DNA of 64,000 bases from an uncultured Stakelama sp. (GTDB taxonomy: Bacteria; Pseudomonadota; Alphaproteobacteria; Sphingomonadales; Sphingomonadaceae), in NCBI GenBank assembly GCA_964649315.1, contig CAZYOU010000002.1:1379-65378 (forward strand), read 5' to 3'. The translations under genes were made by a program, and so were the position numbers. Numbering within the stretch: the first letter of the stretch is position 1; every line of letters starts with the position of its first letter. The notes under the pieces were generated by a model. It searched no databases. It saw only the letters and a list, made by a program, of their open reading frames with translations, and was not told the origin of the DNA. This document shows, piece after piece, positions 59,397 through 64,000 of this stretch.

Positions 59397-60041
59397 TCAA
59401 CCGCCGCCCAGTACGTTGATCGAAAAGGCGAGCACGCCGATGTTGAAGATAAAGGCAGCCAGGCAATGCGCCGTGACATGGCCGCGCATCGACGTCCGTG
59501 TGATTTCCACGTCCGATGTTTGAAAGGTCATGCCAAGCGTGAAGCTGAAATAGGCGAAGTCCCAGTAATTGGGCTCCGCACAGCCGGGAAAGCGCAGCCC
59601 GCCCTTGTCCTTGCCCTTGTCGTCGTGGGTGTAGAAAAGATTGGCATAATGCAGCGCCCAGATCGTGTTCGAGAACAGCCAGGACAGCACCAGCGTAGCC
59701 ACCACCAAAGCGACCGTGATCGTGCTCTTCATCGACGGCATTTCGCTGGCAACCGATGCCAGAATAACAAGCATCACGACCAGGCTGATCGCTAACAATA
59801 CGGCGCGATTGGCATCATTGTTCCGGGCGTGGATGCGCATCTCGCTCGCTTTGCTGTCGAGCAGCGGCACGACCACGACCAGGAACAACCCGGCGGCGAT
59901 ATCAAACGCCATCATCATGCCCAGCGCGGGCCCCAGCATCGGGACAAGCGCCGCCAACCCGATCGCCAACGCCGCGCAGAACAGCAGAAACCGGGGCGGC
60001 ACAATGCGCTGACGGTGGATGGTTTCGGGCTGATCATTCAT
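59397..60041 (-). CDS. DUF1345-family membrane protein
   Basis: ALHYA..FY, P.YWDFAYFSFTLGMTFQTSDV, FNIGVLA. Confidence 0.85.
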   Translation of the reverse strand: MNDQPETIHRQRIVPPRFLLFCAALAIGLAALVPMLGPALGMMMAFDIAAGLFLVVVVPLLDSKASEMRIHARNNDANRAVLLAISLVVMLVILASVASEMPSMKSTITVALVVATLVLSWLFSNTIWALHYANLFYTHDDKGKDKGGLRFPGCAEPNYWDFAYFSFTLGMTFQTSDVEITRTSMRGHVTAHCLAAFIFNIGVLAFSINVLGGG

Positions 60042-60258
60042 CGCTTGGTGCTAGCCCAAGCGCGAGACAGGATACATCCCCCCTGATTGATGCCCAAATT
60101 GATGCCCGGATTGATGACAGTCTGGTGCTTAGCTACAGTATTTGGCCCAGGGTTGATCATATGTTGCGCTGGGTGCCGCGCACAGTTTGGTTGAATTACC
60201 AATTTCGTCGCGCAGCCGCTGGCATTTGGCGTTCCGCTCGCTTAGACACCGCCGATTA

Positions 60259-61503
60259 ATGGCCAAGACAGCAACGCCCAACCGCATTCGCGGCACTCAG
60301 GACATCTTCGGCGACGACCAACGGCGCTTTGCGCATGTGGTCGAAGCGTTTGAACGCGTTCGAAAACTCTATTGTTTTCAGCGGGTCGAACTGCCGGTGT
60401 TCGAAGCGACGGCTGTGTTCGCACGTTCGCTGGGCGAGACGACCGATGTCGTGTCGAAGGAAATGTACACCTTCGACGATCGCGGCGGCGATTCGATCAC
60501 ATTGCGCCCCGAATTCACCGCCGGCATCGCGCGCGCTTTCCTGACCGAGGGGTGGCAGCAATATACGCCGCTGAAGATCGTCAGCCACGGTCCGGTGTTC
60601 CGGTACGAGCGACCGCAAAAGGGGCGGTATCGGCAATTCCACCAGATTGATGCCGAGATCATCGGCGCGGCTGAACCCGCCGCCGATGTCGAATTGCTGG
60701 TGTTCGCTGATCAGCTGATCCGTGAGCTGGGGATATCGGATGGGGTGACGCTGCAGCTCAACACGCTGGGCGATGCAGAGACGCGCGAGGCGTGGCGGGC
60801 GGCACTGGTCGCGCATTTCGAGGCGCATCGGGGGGAGCTTTCCGAGGACAGTCTGGCGCGGCTCGACAAGAACCCGATGCGGATTCTGGATTCGAAGGAC
60901 CCGCGCGACCGGCCGATTGCCGACAGCGCGCCGGGGATCGATGCGTATCTGACGAGCGAGGCGGGGGCATTTTTCGAGAGCGTCACGAAGGGGCTGGATG
61001 CAGCCGGGGTGGCGTGGACGCGCAACGACACTTTGGTGCGCGGGCTCGATTATTACCGCCACACCGCGTTTGAGTTCGTGACCGACCGGTTGGGCGCGCA
61101 GGGGACGGTGCTGGCGGGCGGGCGCTATGACGGGCTGATCGAGAGTTTGGGCGGAAAGCCGACCCCAGGCGTTGGCTGGGCGGCGGGGATTGAGCGGCTG
61201 GCGATGTTGTTGGGGGAATTGGCAGATACGAGAACAGAAGTCATAATTGCTGTCGAAGACGATGTCGCGATCGGGGCTGCATTTCACTCGCTCAAGCTCT
61301 TGCGCAGCAGTGGCTTGTCGGCTGAAATCGTTGCGGCGGGCTCACCGAAGAAGCGTTTTGAGAAAGCGGTCAAGAAAAACGGACGCGTGACTCTAAGTCT
61401 CACTGTTCGTGAAGGAATGCGCGCAACAAGCTCTGAAGACGACGCGGATCTATTGATTAGAGTAGCTCAAATCATCCCAATTGCGAACTTTGCGGCGAGA
61501 TGA
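60259..61503 (+). CDS. hisS: Histidine-tRNA ligase
   Basis: [47 protein letters not shown]; start reassigned to ATG 60259. Confidence 0.97.
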   Translation: MAKTATPNRIRGTQDIFGDDQRRFAHVVEAFERVRKLYCFQRVELPVFEATAVFARSLGETTDVVSKEMYTFDDRGGDSITLRPEFTAGIARAFLTEGWQQYTPLKIVSHGPVFRYERPQKGRYRQFHQIDAEIIGAAEPAADVELLVFADQLIRELGISDGVTLQLNTLGDAETREAWRAALVAHFEAHRGELSEDSLARLDKNPMRILDSKDPRDRPIADSAPGIDAYLTSEAGAFFESVTKGLDAAGVAWTRNDTLVRGLDYYRHTAFEFVTDRLGAQGTVLAGGRYDGLIESLGGKPTPGVGWAAGIERLAMLLGELADTRTEVIIAVEDDVAIGAAFHSLKLLRSSGLSAEIVAAGSPKKRFEKAVKKNGRVTLSLTVREGMRATSSEDDADLLIRVAQIIPIANFAAR

Positions 61504-62579
61504 CCATCATCTCCCCCGAACGCATCGCGCAGATTGCCGCGCGCCGGGATGAGCTCCAGGCGTTGATGGCGACGGGTGATTTGCCGTCTGACCGCTTCGT
61601 CGCGGTGTCGAAGGAATATGCCGAGCTGGAGCCGGTGGTGAAGGCGGCGTGCGAGGTGCGGCGCTTGCGGGCTGAGCTGGAGGTGCTGGCCGGCCTTGCC
61701 GAATCCCCCGACAGCGACAGCGATATTCGCGAAATGGCGCGCGACGAAATTGCCGACATCAAATCACGCCTCCCCGAAGCTGAACGGCATCTGGCGCTGG
61801 CGCTTTTGCCGCGCGATGCAGCCGATGAGCGCGCGGCGATGCTGGAAATTCGCGCGGGCACCGGTGGTGATGAGGCCGCGCTGTTCGCGGGCGATCTGTT
61901 CCGCATGTATCAGCGCTATGCCGACACACATGGCTGGCGCGTGGAGCTGATCTCAGCGAGCCCGGCTGAGCTTGGCGGCTATAAGGAAGTGATCGCCAGC
62001 GTGAACGGGCAGGGCGTGTTTGCGCGGATGAAGTTCGAAAGCGGCGTCCACCGGGTCCAGCGTGTGCCAGCGACTGAGGCGGGCGGGCGCATCCACACCT
62101 CTGCCGCGACGGTTGCGGTTTTGCCCGAGGCGGAGGAGGTCGACGTCAAGATCGACGACAAAGACCTGCGCATCGACATCTACCGCTCGTCGGGGCCGGG
62201 CGGGCAATCGGTCAACACCACCGATAGCGCGGTGCGGATCGTCCATATCCCGACCGGGCTGACGGTGATCCAGCAGGACGAAAAATCGCAGCACAAGAAC
62301 AAGGCCAAGGCGATGAAGGTGCTGCGCACGCGGCTGTATGAGGCCGAGCGTGAGCGGCTGCATGCTGAGCGCGCGGGCGCGCGCAAATCCATGGTCGGTT
62401 CGGGCGATCGATCGGAACGCATCCGCACTTATAATTACCCGCAAGGGCGGGTGACCGATCACCGGATCAACCTGACGCTGCACCGCCTGCCCGAAATCCT
62501 GCAGGGCGACATGGACGATTTAATCGGCGCGCTGATCGCCGAGGATGAAGCGGAGCGGCTGGCAACGCTGGATGCGTAG
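61500..62579 (+). CDS. prfA: Peptide chain release factor 1
   Basis: [12 protein letters not shown] (PxT), [17 protein letters not shown]. Confidence 0.97.
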   Translation: MTIISPERIAQIAARRDELQALMATGDLPSDRFVAVSKEYAELEPVVKAACEVRRLRAELEVLAGLAESPDSDSDIREMARDEIADIKSRLPEAERHLALALLPRDAADERAAMLEIRAGTGGDEAALFAGDLFRMYQRYADTHGWRVELISASPAELGGYKEVIASVNGQGVFARMKFESGVHRVQRVPATEAGGRIHTSAATVAVLPEAEEVDVKIDDKDLRIDIYRSSGPGGQSVNTTDSAVRIVHIPTGLTVIQQDEKSQHKNKAKAMKVLRTRLYEAERERLHAERAGARKSMVGSGDRSERIRTYNYPQGRVTDHRINLTLHRLPEILQGDMDDLIGALIAEDEAERLATLDA

Positions 62580-62640
62580 GGCGGTCAAGGCAAAAGCGAT
62601 GCTTACGCGAAGGTGCGAGGCGACGAAGAAAAAAGATTTG

Positions 62641-62768
62641 TTCGCGCGGAGACGCGGAGACGCGGGGAAGATAAGAACAAGCGCGGTAGCGCTTCATCAT
62701 ACATTGGCTATGTCTCCTGAACGTCACCGCATTCGCAGCATCTTTGCGCCTCCGCGCCTCCGCGCGAA
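62641..62768. repeat. REP/MITE-like element with 23-bp terminal inverted repeats built of 8-bp units
   Basis: TTCGCGCGGAGACGCGGAGACGC (62641-62663) versus GCGCCTCCGCGCCTCCGCGCGAA (62746-62768), 21/23 complementary. Confidence 0.75.
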
Positions 62769-62815
62769 CCAACCTACTTCCCTTTCTCTGCGCCGATGCG
62801 CTTTTGCGTGAATCA

Positions 62816-63655
62816 ATGATGATATCCACGCGCCAAGCCCTTGCGTCGGCTACCGCCGACTTTGCCACCGTCAGTGAAACGCCGCGGCTCGACGCCGAAC
62901 TCTTGATGGCGCACGCCCTGGGCACCACCCGCGAAGACCTGCTGCTCCGCCGCCTCGACGATCCCGCACCGCCGGCATTCCAAGCCCTGCTCGCCAGGCG
63001 CCTTACCCATGAACCCATCGCCTATATCACCGGTACCCGCGCTTTCTGGACGATCGATCTGGCAGTCGGCCCCGGCGCGCTGGTGCCGCGTGCGGACAGC
63101 GAAACGCTGATCGAGGCGGCGCTTGAGCATTTTGGGGCCACTGGCCCGGCGACGATCCTTGATCTTGGCACTGGGCCGGGCACGCTGTTGCTGGCGGCGC
63201 TTGATCAATGGCCGGGCGCGACAGGGCTGGGTGTGGATTGTTCGGCGGAGGCGCTGACAATGGCAGCCGGCAATGCGCGCCGCCTAGGCCTGGCGGACCG
63301 CGCGGTTTTGCAGCCGGGCGACTGGTTCCAACCCGGTGACTGGGTGGCGGCAATCAACCGGCGGTTCGATCTGGTGCTCGCCAACCCGCCTTATATCGGC
63401 ACCGACGAACTGCTGCCGCCCGAGGTGCAGGCGCATGAACCGGCGGGGGCGCTGTTCGCCGGGGCCGATGGGCTGGACGCGTACCGGGTGATCATCCCCG
63501 CCTTGCCGCGGTTGCTAGAGTCAGGCGGAATCGCCGTTATCGAGATTGGCCACACCCAAGCCGATGCCGTGACGGCGCTGGCCGGGGCGGTAGGGCTGGC
63601 CGCGCGGGTGGCGTATGACCTTGGCGGGCGGCCGCGCGCCATCATTCTTTCCTGA
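62816..63655 (+). CDS. prmC: Release factor glutamine methyltransferase
   Basis: EPIAYITG, LVPRADSE, LDLGTGPG, NPPY, EIG..Q. Confidence 0.95.
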   Translation: MMISTRQALASATADFATVSETPRLDAELLMAHALGTTREDLLLRRLDDPAPPAFQALLARRLTHEPIAYITGTRAFWTIDLAVGPGALVPRADSETLIEAALEHFGATGPATILDLGTGPGTLLLAALDQWPGATGLGVDCSAEALTMAAGNARRLGLADRAVLQPGDWFQPGDWVAAINRRFDLVLANPPYIGTDELLPPEVQAHEPAGALFAGADGLDAYRVIIPALPRLLESGGIAVIEIGHTQADAVTALAGAVGLAARVAYDLGGRPRAIILS

Positions 63656-63684
63656 TCAGCAAAGGAAACGTCACATAATTCTGC

Positions 63685-63713
63685 TTGGAGAAAGCAACTT
63701 CTCCCGCTATTGA
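63685..63713 (+). promoter_or_regulatory. Sigma70-type promoter for the terminal gene
   Basis: TTGGAG-N17-TATTGA. Confidence 0.4.
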
Positions 63714-63912
63714 CAGAGCAGGGGCACGCGTTTTCAACCTAACTTGTTGAAAACGGGCAGTTGCCCGGTTCCTTCGTCATGAAGCCGCTGTCGTCCGGTG
63801 GCCGTGGCAGACGCTTTCGCCCCCAGAGTTTGGGGCGGGGGCGCCGAAGGGCATGCATCCGCATCTACGGAGCGACGCCGGTTTTGAATTTGAGGCACGA
63901 GGACAACAGGAC

Positions 63913-64000
63913 TTGATCAACAATCGTCAAGCCGGCCGCCGTCGCGGTCGCGGTGGGCAACGCTCACAAGGTGGTGGCAATCCCGGGCGCGGGCCCGAGA
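63913..64000 (+). CDS. DUF4167-like protein, N-terminus only
   Basis: TTG after RBS CAGGA gives (M)INNRQAGRRRGRGGQR..., an Arg/Gly-rich N-terminus in the usual position after prmC. Confidence 0.7.
   Translation, partial: MINNRQAGRRRGRGGQRSQGGGNPGRGPE

Noticed and set aside
1-64000. Numerous long overlapping ORFs in the track (e.g. 1063..2175, 4830..6215, 40366..41367, 48836..49927)
   Set aside because: They are Arg/Pro/Ala-rich shadow frames of high-GC genes with no motifs, and they overlap well-supported CDSs.

Overview
GC-rich alphaproteobacterial chromosome segment. The protein style and gene order suggest Sphingomonadaceae, but this taxonomy is an inference. In order, the window holds: (1) a phoR-pstSCAB-phoU phosphate operon with a triple Pho box inside the phoR 3' end; (2) a divergent four-gene operon encoding a Tat-signal orphan, a PqqD/RRE-like protein, an HprK-related kinase and an NTP_transf_5-like nucleotidyltransferase; (3) tRNA-Pro(CGG); (4) a Fur-boxed TonB receptor with a secreted partner; (5) a ~25 kb surface-glycan locus with CDP-3,6-dideoxyhexose genes, a divergent NeuB-like synthase, a ThDP enzyme, a HAD phosphatase, KpsD/KpsE-like export, GT2/GtrA and two GT-C transferases, two methyltransferases, a beta-helix protein, an OYE, an RmlD-like SDR and kdsA/kdsB/kpsF; (6) a lower-GC orphan ORF bracketed by 28-bp 11-6-11 palindromic sites; (7) housekeeping and accessory genes (fhs, ubiA, pmbA, TelA/XpaC, H-NOX with GGDEF-EAL, typA, tandem GNATs with an amber stop in the second, ppa, M61 peptidase, hisS-prfA-prmC), with two REP-like hairpin elements. 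The strongest novelty candidates are a ulosonate-fed branched higher-carbon sugar pathway, a RiPP-like kinase/nucleotidyltransferase system without lasso enzymes, and a recombinase-site-flanked single-gene cassette. All family assignments come from reading motifs by eye; no database search was run.
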